Source: Antedon mediterranea (lineage: Eukaryota > Animalia > Echinodermata). Taken from it: a DNA stretch of 64,000 nt. The notes beneath the pieces are model-generated. The model was not told the DNA's origin. It made no database searches and saw only the letters and a list, made by a program, of their open reading frames with translations. Both the position numbers and the translations under genes were made by a program. Below are positions 23,378 through 35,559 of the stretch, piece by piece. Location: positions 12,434,948-12,498,947 of the forward strand of contig NC_092673.1 of the NCBI RefSeq assembly GCF_964355755.1. Direction: 5' to 3'. Numbering within the stretch: the stretch's first letter is position 1; every line of letters begins with the position of its first letter.

Positions 23378-24448
23378 CAGTGGCGGATCTAGGGGGGGTG
23401 AATAGGGTGGCTAGCCACCCCCCTTAATTCTCAAAAAAAAAAAAAAAAATGTAACCTAATCGCGATTTACCGTCCGTCGCTAGACGTGGATTAAATCTTT
23501 TAATTAAGAAGAGTAGGCCTGCTAGGCCCTACTTACTAGAGCTAGAGTTAGCATTAATAGTTGTGTGTAAATAGGCCTACACAGTGAAAGAGCTAAGAGT
23601 TCAATTACTATTATGAATTCAAGAGTTTAAAAAGAAAACATGATTTACAATCTTCGGAAAATACCCATTTTCAAAACACACGCACTCCTAAAACTACGAG
23701 TTGTCTAGCTCGCTCCTTGTGTGAATGCTGACGTCATCACTCTCCAAAATACACCATTTTCCATTGCAGTTAATTTCCGCCGCCCTGGTCCGTGTGTGCG
23801 CAACAAGCGTTAGCGTGGTATATTTCACCCATGAGTGGAGTGTAATATCGGGAACTTTTTTCTCGCGCATGAAAGTTTTTTGTATAATATTATGGTATGC
23901 AATATAAACGATAAAAATAAACGAGAAACATGGTGTTCTTTTATTATTTTATAGGCATAAAATAAACATGAAATGTCTTGTATGTACACGGGATGCGGGA
24001 CGGCCGAAAAAAGTATGTGGCGTATTTGGCGTTTTTTGATTTGTGTTATTATAGACACGGCGATTACTGCAATCATTGTATACCAAATTACATTGAGTTA
24101 TTCCCCCGGCTGTAGGGTATATATCTCCGAGGTTAACAGACCACCAAAACACTGTACACAACACATGCACTATCGAGACATTTTCGGAGAGAGTACCGCA
24201 TTACCAAATGTTCATTTTGTTTGAAAGTTTTTCGATCAAAGTTTATTATTAGTTCGTCGAAAAAGATCCGTACAGTATTTAGGAAGGATTTATTTAAATT
24301 TACATTATGTAATATTTGTTATTAATGTGTGATGGAAACAGTTTCTTTAGCCTATTAAACAGTGTGTACGCATCTATTTTTTCAAAAATTTTCGGAGCCT
24401 CGGGAGGGGGACACCCTCTCCCCCGCTCGGTGCTACGCACCTCGTTTG
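23378..24448. mobile_element. Truncated MITE-like insertion beginning CAGTGGCGGATCTAG
   Basis: Absent from the paralogous copies. One recognisable terminus; the other end is lost together with flanking gene sequence. Confidence 0.55.
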
Positions 24449-25159
24449 CAAGAGAGAGTGCACCTCGACGTATGAACACCCGAAAAAGGAAAACCGCCCA
24501 AGGAAACGATCTGCATTTTCAAAAGCGCAAATTGACGAAATTCAAAGGGCGTACGCGTGCTTCATAAAAACTTCCAAGGTATTTGGTATAGATGACATCA
24601 GGTCTATAATTTCAAATGATGAACCTTTACGAAATACCTTTAAGGACTGTGCAGCACATGGGCGTCCAATGCTCGACAAAAAAGTGTACGATAGGGTACG
24701 AACGCTCCGCAAAATTTATTTTAGATAAAATTCTTGGGTTTGTGTATGTTCCGATGTTCATACGTCAAGGTATATTTATAAATCTAATCATAATAGTAAA
24801 ATTAAGATTTCGCTGGTCTCTATAAAAAATATGTTTGGTATGTATTGATAAAATAAAGAAAGAACTCTGTTATTTCTAAAAAAAACATGTCTTTTATCTT
24901 GTTATTCTGTTCTGTTTACTTTACCATTGAATATTATTCTTCCCCCATGGATCAACTTGACAAGGCATGCAAGATTTAAATTATTGACCAGAAATCTTGA
25001 GCTCAATCCTCGAATGGCATGTGAAAGTAGATTGACCACAGTGTAGTGACCTATGGGCGGCCATTAGGGCAAAAATAGACAAACGTTCCCGAACGAACAA
25101 TTCCGCTCCCGTAAGCTAAATAAATGGCGTTAATGACCTAATTTCTCGTGTGACAAACA

Positions 25160-25328
25160 AATATTGCCGTACGGACACACACACACATTGCCATATGAAA
25201 AAATTGCCGTATGGTTAAATTGGCGCAAGGACAAAAATAGGCGTAAGGACACAAATTGCCGTAAGGACAAAAATTGGCGTAAGGACAAAAATTGGCGTAA
25301 GGACAAATATTGGCGTACAGTCTAACTA
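25160..25328. repeat. ~18-bp tandem array (AAATTGGCGTAAGGACAA) ending in ...GGCGTACAGTCTAACT; probable subterminal repeats of a DNA element end
   Basis: About 5-7 degenerate copies followed by an abrupt end. Confidence 0.6.
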
Positions 25329-25585
25329 AATTTAAACGTTGAGGGCAGCATGCAGCCACTATGCAACAGTGGTTATTTTTAGCACAGAAGAAACATGAAA
25401 CTTTTCTGTGGCATAGCGCGAAACTTTTGATTGATGAACTCCGAGTATTTTTTTCGCAACTGCATGCTGTAATAGCCTTTGCTTGCCAATATTAACAAAA
25501 GGTTGGTAGCTTTAGTATTTTTTACATATTTATTGTCAAATTAAATATAATTAAATGCTTAATTACTTGATTAACTTGATAATTA

Positions 25586-26244
25586 CCGTACTGACGCGGG
25601 TATAAGCCCACCCCCCTTGAACATGAAATCACGTCAAGTTTTGGGGATGGGCTTATACCCGAGGATCCAAAAATGCAGATTGTCAAAAACAGCACATGCA
25701 CACTGTGTATTTCCACCATGCGAGCGAGCGAGCGCCCTCACGTGTACGACGTTGCCTCTAAATACACGAGGTGTAGAGTGTCGGAAAATTAAGCTTATAG
25801 TTCGTGTAATTTATCGTAGAATATCTTATTTTAAACATCAATTGAACAAGAATTTATCAAGCAGAAAAGCAAGTATACAATGTTCGTTAAATAGAAATGT
25901 ACCAAAGAAATTTAATAAGCTTGTTTATGGCAGCCGATACCAAATAGTGGTTTTCCGTTTTGGCGGCTTGTATGTAGCGTCGTGTGTGAAGCGATCTTCG
26001 ACCGCGATGGAGTGTAAACAAAACAGGACCGTTAGGCCTCATATGGCCTAGCGTATATTAGCCTAGCTTGGTTATGATTCGGTGTATGGACATCGCCAAA
26101 TACAAAAATATGTATTACGACACACACTAGATCTTCGAATTAATGGGTGGGCTTATACCCGAGTGCCTCATTTTTCATGAAAATTAGTCAAAAGTCGGGG
26201 GTGGGCTTATACCCGAGTATGGGCTTATACCCGCGTCAGTACGG
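25586..26244. mobile_element. Tc1/pogo-type MITE
   Basis: TA on both sides; TIR CCGTACTGACGCGGGTATAAGCCCA / TGGGCTTATACCCGCGTCAGTACGG; repeated GGGCTTATACCCG motifs. Confidence 0.85.
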
Positions 26245-27504
26245 TAATAGGATTTGAGAAGGGGATACTAGCCCTAGGGCCTATCTATATGCTCCTAGGC
26301 TCGTAGTAGAAGGAGTCTAGGCTAGAGGAGGTCTGTATTAACTATTAGTTACTAGGCCTCCCTCAGCTCAGTGTGTACTATATAGTTTGATTATTATATT
26401 GTCAGCAGTGTAATACTGTATAAACTAGTATTATTAATTAAATCTAGTTATGGTCTAGCCTAGTATTAGACAAAGACTAATACTACTACCTACCCTCCTA
26501 CTCTCCTAAAGAATCTACGAAATAAAATATGATGTGATGCATAATACCATCTATATAAATCAAGGTACAGTATAAGTAGGCATATGTCTATATAAGCTGT
26601 ATGTCTACTAAACAAATTGTATATTGGCAGTACTTGTAGGTCTGTGTTGTTATAATTATTTAATATAAAATGAACTTTTTTTTCCACAGAAATATTTCTC
26701 GATGTCGGAAGAGATTGTTCGGGAGGAGACAGCAAGGCAACTTTTAAGTGCCCTGCACAATATAATGAGTACTTTGCCAAACTCACTAAATGCCCGGTCT
26801 GCTGACTTTAGTAGTGGGTCATTCCATCTCAGTTCACCCAAAAAAAATGGAATTTTAAACCCTACCTCTTCCAATTTTGATGAAATTTGGTATATGGGTG
26901 ATTCATAGCAATTAAAGCCAAAATTTCAAATTTTAACTTTATCGGACCAACGGTTTTCGAGATATCGCAATTTCTATTTTCGGTTTTTACGCAAAAAAGC
27001 GCGCGGCCGCCACGTTTCAAAGAGCTGTATCTCGGGAACTATAGGTTCGATTTTAAAAACAAAGGTATTTTTGTAAAGGGGAGACCATAAGGAACCTAAA
27101 TATACTAATTGTGTGTGTTTTATGTTAATTTTAAGTTGAATAAAACTTTGACATATATTTTGACCTTGAAATTGACCCCGTGGAACACGCCCGATTTGTT
27201 GGTGACTATCACGAAAAATGTAGCCCTACGTGTCAACTACAACATATAAAAAAATTGGAGGGGTTTTTTTCTTTGTTTCCATGAAATTACAATTTGAAGT
27301 TGACATACCTCTTCCTTTTAGTGTATTTTTGGTGTTGTTATACTTATACACAGTGTGAACACTAACTGTTAAGGTGTCTTTTGTTACGCTTTCTCATCAG
27401 GCCCACTTAAACAGTAGATATATTTTGATATGAGAAATACTGGGTAACTCACATACTTTTCAAATCAATTTTGACACATAGTTTAGTGTCCTTACTATGT
27501 TATT

Positions 27505-28784
27505 ATGCACATTAACATATGCATAATAATAATAAGTGATTGCAGAGAACATACAACAGTCACTGTATATGCCTTTTTAAAGGTTGTCATCCCCTATATA
27601 AAAACAAAACTACCAACCATGAAAAAAGTTCATTATTTCACAGATGGATGTGGCGGCCAATACAAAAACAAATATAACTTTATTAACCTTTGCCACCACC
27701 AGGAAGATTTTGGTTTAGACGCCGAGTGGAAATTTTTTGCTACATCACATGGCAAGAGTGCGTGTGATGGCATAGGTGGAACAGTTAAGAGGCTTGTCAC
27801 TAAGAGAAGCTTACAGCGTTTGACTGAATGTCATATTATCACATCTCTCAGTATGTTCGACTACTGTGTAATTTTTTATTTTTATTTTATGTCTTTAGGC
27901 AATGTGGCCAAGGATTATCAATAGTGAATTAATCACTGTCCTATCAGATAGGTGGTAATCCCCCTGATACAGGGGCTTTTGTGTGAACCAGTTCACCGGG
28001 GTAACCCCCTACTCTTTTTCGAATAATGAACTGGGTTCTTTAAAGTACACACATGTTATAACTGTGTACACTGGGCCTACGGTTTATAGTCCTTATCCGA
28101 GAAGACTTGTTCCACCACCAGAACGGAGCGAGTCGGCCTCGAACCCTTGCCGATGTTGTTGTTGGCTCTTTTAGGTACGGTAAACGGCGCCCCTGCCTTA
28201 ACCGCTCGGCCATATGACTCGCTCATATGGACATTCCAGGCATCAACTTTTTTCATGTGGGAATAGATGAGGTATCTACTGTGGAAAAAGAAATAAAGCC
28301 GAGATTCAACCTCGCCCAGACCATCAAGGGTACATTACAATATCATCGCTTTGTTCCCGTTTCTCTGGCACAGATGCAGGTCTACAAACTTAGTACCCAG
28401 ATAAACTCTCCGGATGTGGTAGTGATTCAAGAATCTTTCAGTGATGAAAATGAAATTGTTGCTGATACACAACCCACCATGATTAGAATTCAGAATTTTG
28501 TGTGCTGTAGTTATGATGGTGTCCCATGGATTGGTTTGGTGGTGGATGTCTCACTCTCAGAAGAGTTTGGGGATTATCAAATTAAATTGCATCCTCATGG
28601 GCCAGCGAAAACCTTTTATTGGCCGTCCAAAGAAGACTGTTGTTGGATTCCTGAATCAAATGTACATTGTATTATAGCCTCTCCGTTTATAAAATCCTCT
28701 TCGACTAGGAATTACAGTATTTCCCAAAATGATCGCCACAACATTTCTAAATACTGTTTGAATTGTCCAGATGACAAGGAGTAA
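27505..28784 (+). pseudogene. Sola2 transposase C-terminal half, split by a SINE
   Basis: ORFs 27505-27872 and 28227-28784 rejoin in frame (MFDYCV-MDIPGINFFHV) when the SINE is removed. C-terminal WIGLV..LHPHGP..FYWPSKEDCCW. Confidence 0.8.
27873..28226 (-). mobile_element. tRNA-derived SINE with Nin/Deu-like central domain
   Basis: A-box TGGCCGAGCGG, B-box-like GGTTCGAGGCC, central GGATAAGGACTATAAACCG..TAAAGAACCC..AGAGTAGGGG..CCCCGGTG and A-rich tail. Second copy at 57268-57622. Confidence 0.85.
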
Positions 28785-31700
28785 AGGCCAGACATAGACA
28801 ATTGTAACATTATAATAATTAATTTTGGAATACATCAAATTGACATTGAAGTAATGCATGGACAGACACCAAAAATACACTAAAAGGAAGAGGTATGTCA
28901 ACTTCAAATTGTAATTTCATGGAAACAAAGAAAAAAACCCCTCCAATTTTTTTATATGTTGTAGTTGACACGTAGGGCTACATTTTTCATGATAGTCACC
29001 AACAAAACGGGCGTGTTCCACGGGGTCAATTTCAAGGTCAAAATATATGTCAAAGTTTTATTCAACTTAAAATTAACATAAAACACACACAATTAGTATA
29101 TTTAGATTCCTTATGGTCTCCCCTTTACAAAAATACCTTTGCTTTTAAAATCGAACCTATAGTTCCCGAGATACAGCTCTTTGAAATGTGGCGGACGCGC
29201 CCTTTTTTGCGTAAAAACCGAAAATTGAAATTGCGATATCTTGAAAACCGTTGGTCCGATAAAGTTAAAATTTGAAATTTTGGCTTTAATTGCTATGAAT
29301 CACCCATATACCAAATTTCATCAAAATTGGAAGAGGTAGGGTTTAACTCATTGGGTGATCTGAGATGGAATGACCCTAGTAGGAGTCAAGTTCCAACCAC
29401 ATCTTCTACTACTAGGCCTAGTAGTGCCACATCTTCTACTACTAGGCCTAGTAGTGCAACATCTTCCACTACTAGTAGTGCAACAGCTTCAATTTCAAGG
29501 ATTCCAGCTATGCCTAGTACTTCAAGAAGACTTGGCCAATTAACTGCATCTGCACGGAGGTAATACATTATTTTTTTTCTAAAACATTCAATTGATAAAT
29601 TAAATATAGGCAGTATTTTTATCATCCCTTAAAGTTTATCTTCATGGTTCCTATGATGCTTGTCAGTTTGGTAATCCAAACAGAAGTAACCTGAATAGAA
29701 AGATTAATACATTTAAATCTGTGATAATCATTAGCAACAATACATCTTCCTTCCATTATGCACATTTAATTTTATAGTCTTACGGGTGCTATATTTAGAT
29801 CATTTATTACAAATACCCCAAACATGGTGGGCATTGACATTTTGAATGATGCTGGAGTATGAGGCTAGACAGAACATAGAAATACTCGTCATACCAATAT
29901 CTTTTTTCCTGTATTTTCTTATAGTTTACAAGAGCACAGTCGTCTCTTTCGGGTAAGAACAAAAACAGCTCTATTTTTCAGTTTCAAGACGTAAGGGATA
30001 CAACCAAATAATACAAATATCTTTCAAAAGAGAACCTACAATTCTAACATTTATTATATAAACGAAAGTAAACAATTACTAATTTTAAACCATTCCATTG
30101 CTATTCTAATATATATTTTAAGGATACACAAATAACTGTACATGACAGCTATAATATTCGATAGAAACTTTAAAAGGGCATGAAGGGTCAGTAAAAAAAA
30201 GACCTAGTGAGATTATAAAAATCATCAATCAAGCTAATACCAATTCTCAATCAAAACTTGTTTTTTCTGTATTATGTGCCATATTCAGTCACTCTAGAGT
30301 TGAATATCATGTCATGTAGTACCTTGATGTAAAGACGAGAGTTATCGTATATATCATCTACTTACATTCTTTCATGAAATTCTATAGGGAACCCCACTTT
30401 TACTAGTCCCTGGTTAGGGACGGGCCTAGGAAGCTACTGTTGTAAACAAGGCTATATGTAAATTTGTCAAATAGTGCTAAAGCAACTTCATAACATCACT
30501 TCTTGTTTTATTTTCTTTAGCATACCACAGGCAGACCAACAGCAAAAAGTAAGAAAAGAATAATCAAAATAAAATTAAAAATATAAAAGATACTAGACCT
30601 ACAATTTTTGACGTTTTGTAAAAAGTAATGCATACTTTAAAAACATTAAACCAGGCCATTCCGTCTTGAATGTACGTTTTATGAAGTTTTTAATAATGTT
30701 CATCCCATGTTTATAACAAGATACAATAATTGACCATAGTGCAGCAGCTACGGGTTCCATCTAATTGTTGGTTTGACTTATTCAAATAAACATTTTATCT
30801 TATAGAACAATGCAGGATGTTTTCAAGGCATGTGATTTGTCTGGCAGGGTGCGACGATTGGACCATCTCAACCCAAGAAGAAAAAAATTTGCCAAAAGCT
30901 AATGGGATTGGGGAACAAGTGGTGCACTTTGAGGTAGATGGTGATGAGGAGCATGTAAAGGAAAAGATAATTAGGTATATACATTAAAGTTTCTTTAAAT
31001 GTAAATTTTAGTGAATAACATTACGCATACTGTAGTACTAGCTAAGTTGCAATTCACGTTCATGTAGAAACCATCATTATAACAATAATTACAATTATTA
31101 AAAACAATAACTACTAATAGTAATGACTATAATTTTTATGTGTTTAAATTTTAAATGTAAATATGTATAATTATGTTTGTATGATTTAGTATGTTTAGCG
31201 GAAATTAGCCCTTGATGGCAATTGCAGCAATAAAGAAATTGAATTGAATTGAACTGAATACTATAAACATTCGGAGTTTAGTGCGACCTCAATCTCGATT
31301 TTTAACCAAAAAGTCAAGATTATCATTTATTGTATTTGACCTACCATCATGGAAAGGTGTAATCAGTGCAATGTTCATGCAAACGTGAAAATTATTAAAC
31401 TATATTGCGGACATCACTTTTGTGTCCGTAGGTTGATCATGCCACGGACGCCATGGGCTAGGTACCCAATCATGGTTGTTCAAGGTCGGTTGGATTGCAA
31501 TCATTGTTTTTTCTTTAAAGAAAATGCAATGAGGACACCACCGACAGCCCCTAATTCACCCATCCTCTAAAACCCTTCCAGCTAACTTTTTAATTTGTTT
31601 TTAACCTGTACATTATAGTGAGTCAAATAAAAATTAAAAAATACCAAAAAAATATTCATGGGTTATACTGTCTTTACTAGTATAAACCCTAAATATAAAA

Positions 31701-33363
31701 AAAACAAACACGATAATCTTCTTTTTGATGGGACATCCACGCCGCTTTAATCATAACATAGGCCTAACTCTGAATTCAGGGTTATACTATAATACATGGC
31801 TCTATGTCCCGGGACTTATTTGATTTTTTTACTACAAAAACTGATTTTTTAATGACAAATTACAATTATGGGACATACGGATAGGATTTTATACAGCAAA
31901 CCATATCTTAACCCTGAATTCATGGTTAAAATATGGTATCATGGCTTTACGTCCTAAACTCCAGAGGGCGCATCGGGGTTATGTTATGGTTGGAGCCGCG
32001 TGATGTCCCATCATGAAGTAGATTATCGTTTTATTTTGCGACAAGCAATGGATTATTTAGGGAAACCAAGTTGGTGGCTGGTTAAGGAATAACTACTTTA
32101 CGTATTTGACATAATGGAATAAACATAAACGTTGTGAGTATTTTTTAATTTAATTTTAATTTCCAAGATGATTTATTGCGATTTTTGCCGATGGCGGGTT
32201 TTCCTGAATCATGATATCGCCCTCTATTTTTCGGCAGCAAATAAAATATTGATAAAATAAGTTAATATAGTTTAATATCAATTTTTATTTATTTGAGTTA
32301 TATATTTATTTATTGGTCTTATGTCTCATGGTTTTTTATATATGCTATTTTAAATTGTATGTCTGATTTTTTATGTTAACCCTATAACCTTTTTCCTTGG
32401 ACTAATTATAACTGGGACCAGTGAGGCGTGACTGGTTGATGATGATGGTGTGGCCAATGAGTTACATTTTGGGCAGTTGAAACCAGGCATCTACTATCAA
32501 ATTGTTTGTTGTTATTTATTTTAATAATTTTAACATGCCAAGAATTGTTTTTGTAAAGGAACGGGTAAGCAACATTTTGAGTAGGGTTACAGGTTTTTTT
32601 GGTAGGGTTAGGGTTTAATGTGAAATTTTTAAAGGTAGCCAAACTTGTGCATCTTTAAATTAAAACCAGTAAACAAAAAATGTTGCTAAATATTAAAGTT
32701 GTTTGTTTTCGTTTTCTCAGGGCAGGCAGACACAAGGACAGGACACGAAGCCGAACATTAACGTAAAAGAATTTCCATTTACATTATTATACATTATTTT
32801 AAAATGATACTTGTTAGTTAATATATTTATTATTTTATTTCATGTTTAATTCAGCCCTACCCATAACCCTTGTTCAATCAAACATCTGTCAGCCTACAGT
32901 GAAAAAAGAAAAACCTATGGTATGTGGCTCTATTATAGATGGTATCAGAGGGAGGGAGGGAGGGGGGTTAAGTGATTGACTGGCCCTTCAAAAAACGTGC
33001 TTAAAAGGTAACAGTCTCTAATAAATTTACAATGGGAAAGGTGACAGCTGGACTTTCTGGGGCCAAATTGGTGAACTCTGAACTAGATTGTAGGATAAAG
33101 GTTATTTCTTCAATTTATTTGGTTTGTTTCCTCCTCAATCTTCCACCAGGGAAATTAACCAGGAGGTCTCAGTGAAGTGGTACATTTACAACAAAAATTT
33201 CGTTCAAAGATTGATGTAATTGTGGGTCCGTTGCTTTGGAAATACAGTACAGACATCACAACGATGGGGCAATTGGATCTTTACAACAGGAATTAAAACC
33301 ATTTTTAAACAATTTAATTCATGCTTTAATAAAAAAAATTAAAATTTTTTACTTTTTTTACAG

Positions 33364-35559
33364 AACAATGATGACGAAAAAGCAAACAGCTCGGGGTTAG
33401 AAGCAAACAGCTTGGGGTCAGAGTGGGTCCTAACTCCTCAAAATGTCCAGGTAAATATTAAATGTTAGTTAATATTAATATTAAATGGCAATTGGATCTT
33501 TACGACAGGAATTAAAACCATTTTAAAACAATTTAATTCATGCTTTAATAATAAAAAAAAAATTTTTTACTTTTTTTACAGAACAATGATGACGAAAAAG
33601 CAAACAGCTCGGGGTCAGAAGCAAACAGCTCGGGGTCAGAGTGGGTCCTAACTCCTCAAAATGTCCAGGTAAATATTAAATGTTAGTTAATATTAATATT
33701 AAATGGCAATTGGATCTTTACGACAGGAATTAAAACCATTTTAAAACAATTTAATTCATGCTTTAATAATAAAAAAAAAAATTTTTTACTTTTTTTACAG
33801 AACAATGATGACGAAAAAGCAAACAGCTCGGGGTCAGAAGCAAACAGCTCGGGGTCAGAGTGGGTCCTAACTCCTCAAAATGTCCAGGTAAATATTAAAT
33901 GTTAGTTAATATTAATATTAAATGGCAATTGGATCTTTACGACAGGAATTAAAACCATTTTAAAACAATTTAATTCATGCTTTAATAATTAAAAAAAAAA
34001 ACATTTTTTACAGAACAATGATGACGTTAATAATGAAAGCAGCTCGGGGTCAGAAGCAAACATCTCGGGGTCAGAAGCAAACAGCTCGGGGTCAGAGTTG
34101 GTCCCAACTCCTCAAAAAGTCCAGGTAAATATTAAATGTTAGTTAATATATTAATATTAAATGGCAATTGGATCTTTACGACAGGAATTAAAACCATTAA
34201 ATTAAAACAATTTAATTCATGCTTTAATAATAAAAATAAACATTTTTTACTTTTTCTACAGAACAATGATGACGAAAAAGCAAACAGCTCGGGGTCAGAA
34301 GCAAACAGCTCGGGGTCAGAGTGGGTCCCAACTCCTCAAAAAGTCCAGGTAAATATTAAATGTTAGTTAATATATTAATATTAAATGGCAATTGGATCTT
34401 TACGACAGGAATTAAAACCATTTTAAAACAATTTAATTCATGCTTTAATAATAAAAATAAACATTTTTTACTTTTTTTACAGAACAATGATGACGTTAAT
34501 AATGAAAGCAGCTCAGGGTCAGAGTTGGCCGAAACTCCTCAAAGAGTAAGTTTTGCATTTTAATTTGTTTTTTTGTTTTTAGTTCAGGCAAATGTTAGTT
34601 AATATGATAAAGTTTTTCCCTACCGGACGTATTCGGTACATTTACACGTCAGGTAAACCACAACCAATTAATCTAATATAGTAAGTTTAAATAAACCAAT
34701 TAACATATTCATTTGTTAATACTTTAAAACATTGGTCCCAATACCTCTATTATCACATATTAATTATTACTTTCTCTATATTTGCAGTCTCTTAGGCCAA
34801 ATAAAACTAATTGTTAGTTTCGCATTTTTTATTTTTTTTCAAATAACCTTTGTCATGGTCATGCGCAGTTGGAACCGTGAAGAGGCTTATATCTAGTCTT
34901 TCTGCAGTTTGTAACATTAAATAGCTAAAATCCATGCCGCCGGCGGGGACATGAAACTAACAATTCTTTTAAATTAAAATTTAAGTTCTCACGCACAAAT
35001 TGGATGAGGGACTCATTTGGTCGAAAAGCTATTATATTATGGAATTCGTTATCGGAGGATGTACAGTAGTAGCTTCAAGATCAACCAATCAATTTAAGTC
35101 CGGTCTTGAACGGGCATGGTCCAACCACCCTCTTAATTTGCGCCATATTCAAGAGTTGATGTAATTATCAAGAGGGGCTTATAGGCATAGCCTAGCCTCG
35201 ACTCCGGACCCAGCATTGCTGAGCTCCGGAAACAAGTAAACAAATTAAGTTTATTTTGCCTTATATTTAGCAATTTTTTAAAAAAGGTAAAAGGCTATTA
35301 CAGTTATCATAATTTTTATATGTGTTTTGAGTTTAAAAGAACAAACAGTAAAAAACAGTGCTGTCCAAAGTGCAGGAAAACAAAAGACCAGATTTTCAGA
35401 GAACACAAGAGAGAGTGCACCTCGACGCATGAACATCTGAAAAAGGAAAACCGCCCAAGGAAACAATCTGCATTTTCAAAAGCGCAAATTGACGAAATTC
35501 AAAGGGCGTACGCGTGCTTCATAAAAACTTCCAAGGTATTTGGTATAGATGACATCATC
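33364..35559 (+). pseudogene. Dispersed copy 4 of the gene 3' end with six repeat exons (33364-33450, 33582-33668, 33801-33887, 34014-34124, 34262-34348, 34483-34545) and a truncated terminal exon from 35332
   Basis: ~219-bp exon+intron period; exon lengths 87/87/87/111/87/63. Shares its upstream flank (~33195-33270) with copy 1 (~14060-14140). Confidence 0.75.
34966..35240 (+). mobile_element. 5'-truncated CR1/L2-type LINE 3' end inserted in the intronic MITE
   Basis: Absent from the other copies. Encodes ..SFGRKAIILWNSLSEDV..STNQFKSGLERAW, a typical CR1-like ORF2 C-terminus. Confidence 0.6.

Larger units (their letters stand above)
20289..24728 (+). pseudogene. Tandem copy 3 of the gene 3' end, interrupted by insertions (exons 20289-20417, 22777-22842, 22977-23039, partial terminal exon 24449-24728)
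   Basis: Same exons as copies 1 and 2. The terminal exon has lost its acceptor and first codons next to the insertion at 23378. Confidence 0.75.
26816..29376 (+). mobile_element. Sola2 DNA transposon, internally deleted, ~500-bp TIRs
   Basis: GGGTCATTCCATCTCAG termini; TIRs ~26816-27335 and ~28866-29376; 4-bp TSD TAGT; transposase motifs YFTDGCGGQYKN and FFATSHGKSACDGIGGTVKR. Confidence 0.88.
26702..30974 (+). pseudogene. 5' exons of a spliced gene resembling N-termini of transposon-associated G2E3/HECT-like proteins, disrupted by Sola2
   Basis: Removing Sola2 plus one TSD copy restores MSEEIVREETARQLL..ADFSSRSQVPTTSSTTRPSS..ARS. Further GT-AG exons at ~29924 (SLQEHSRLFR), ~30521 and ~30806 (FSRHVICLAG..EEK..ANGIGEQVVHFEVDGDEEHVKEKI). 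No downstream HECT exons seen. Confidence 0.45.

Noticed and set aside
25138-25359. ORF with CPYANF repeats
   Set aside because: It is a translation of an 18-bp non-coding tandem repeat, with no splice or homology support.
32580-32620. Telomere-like GGGTTA motifs
   Set aside because: Only 2-3 scattered copies, too short to call an interstitial telomere.
33270-34560. Regularly spaced repeats resembling a CRISPR array
   Set aside because: The units are ~220 bp, near-identical throughout with no unique spacers, carry GT-AG splice sites, and no cas genes are present. This is an exon-intron tandem array.
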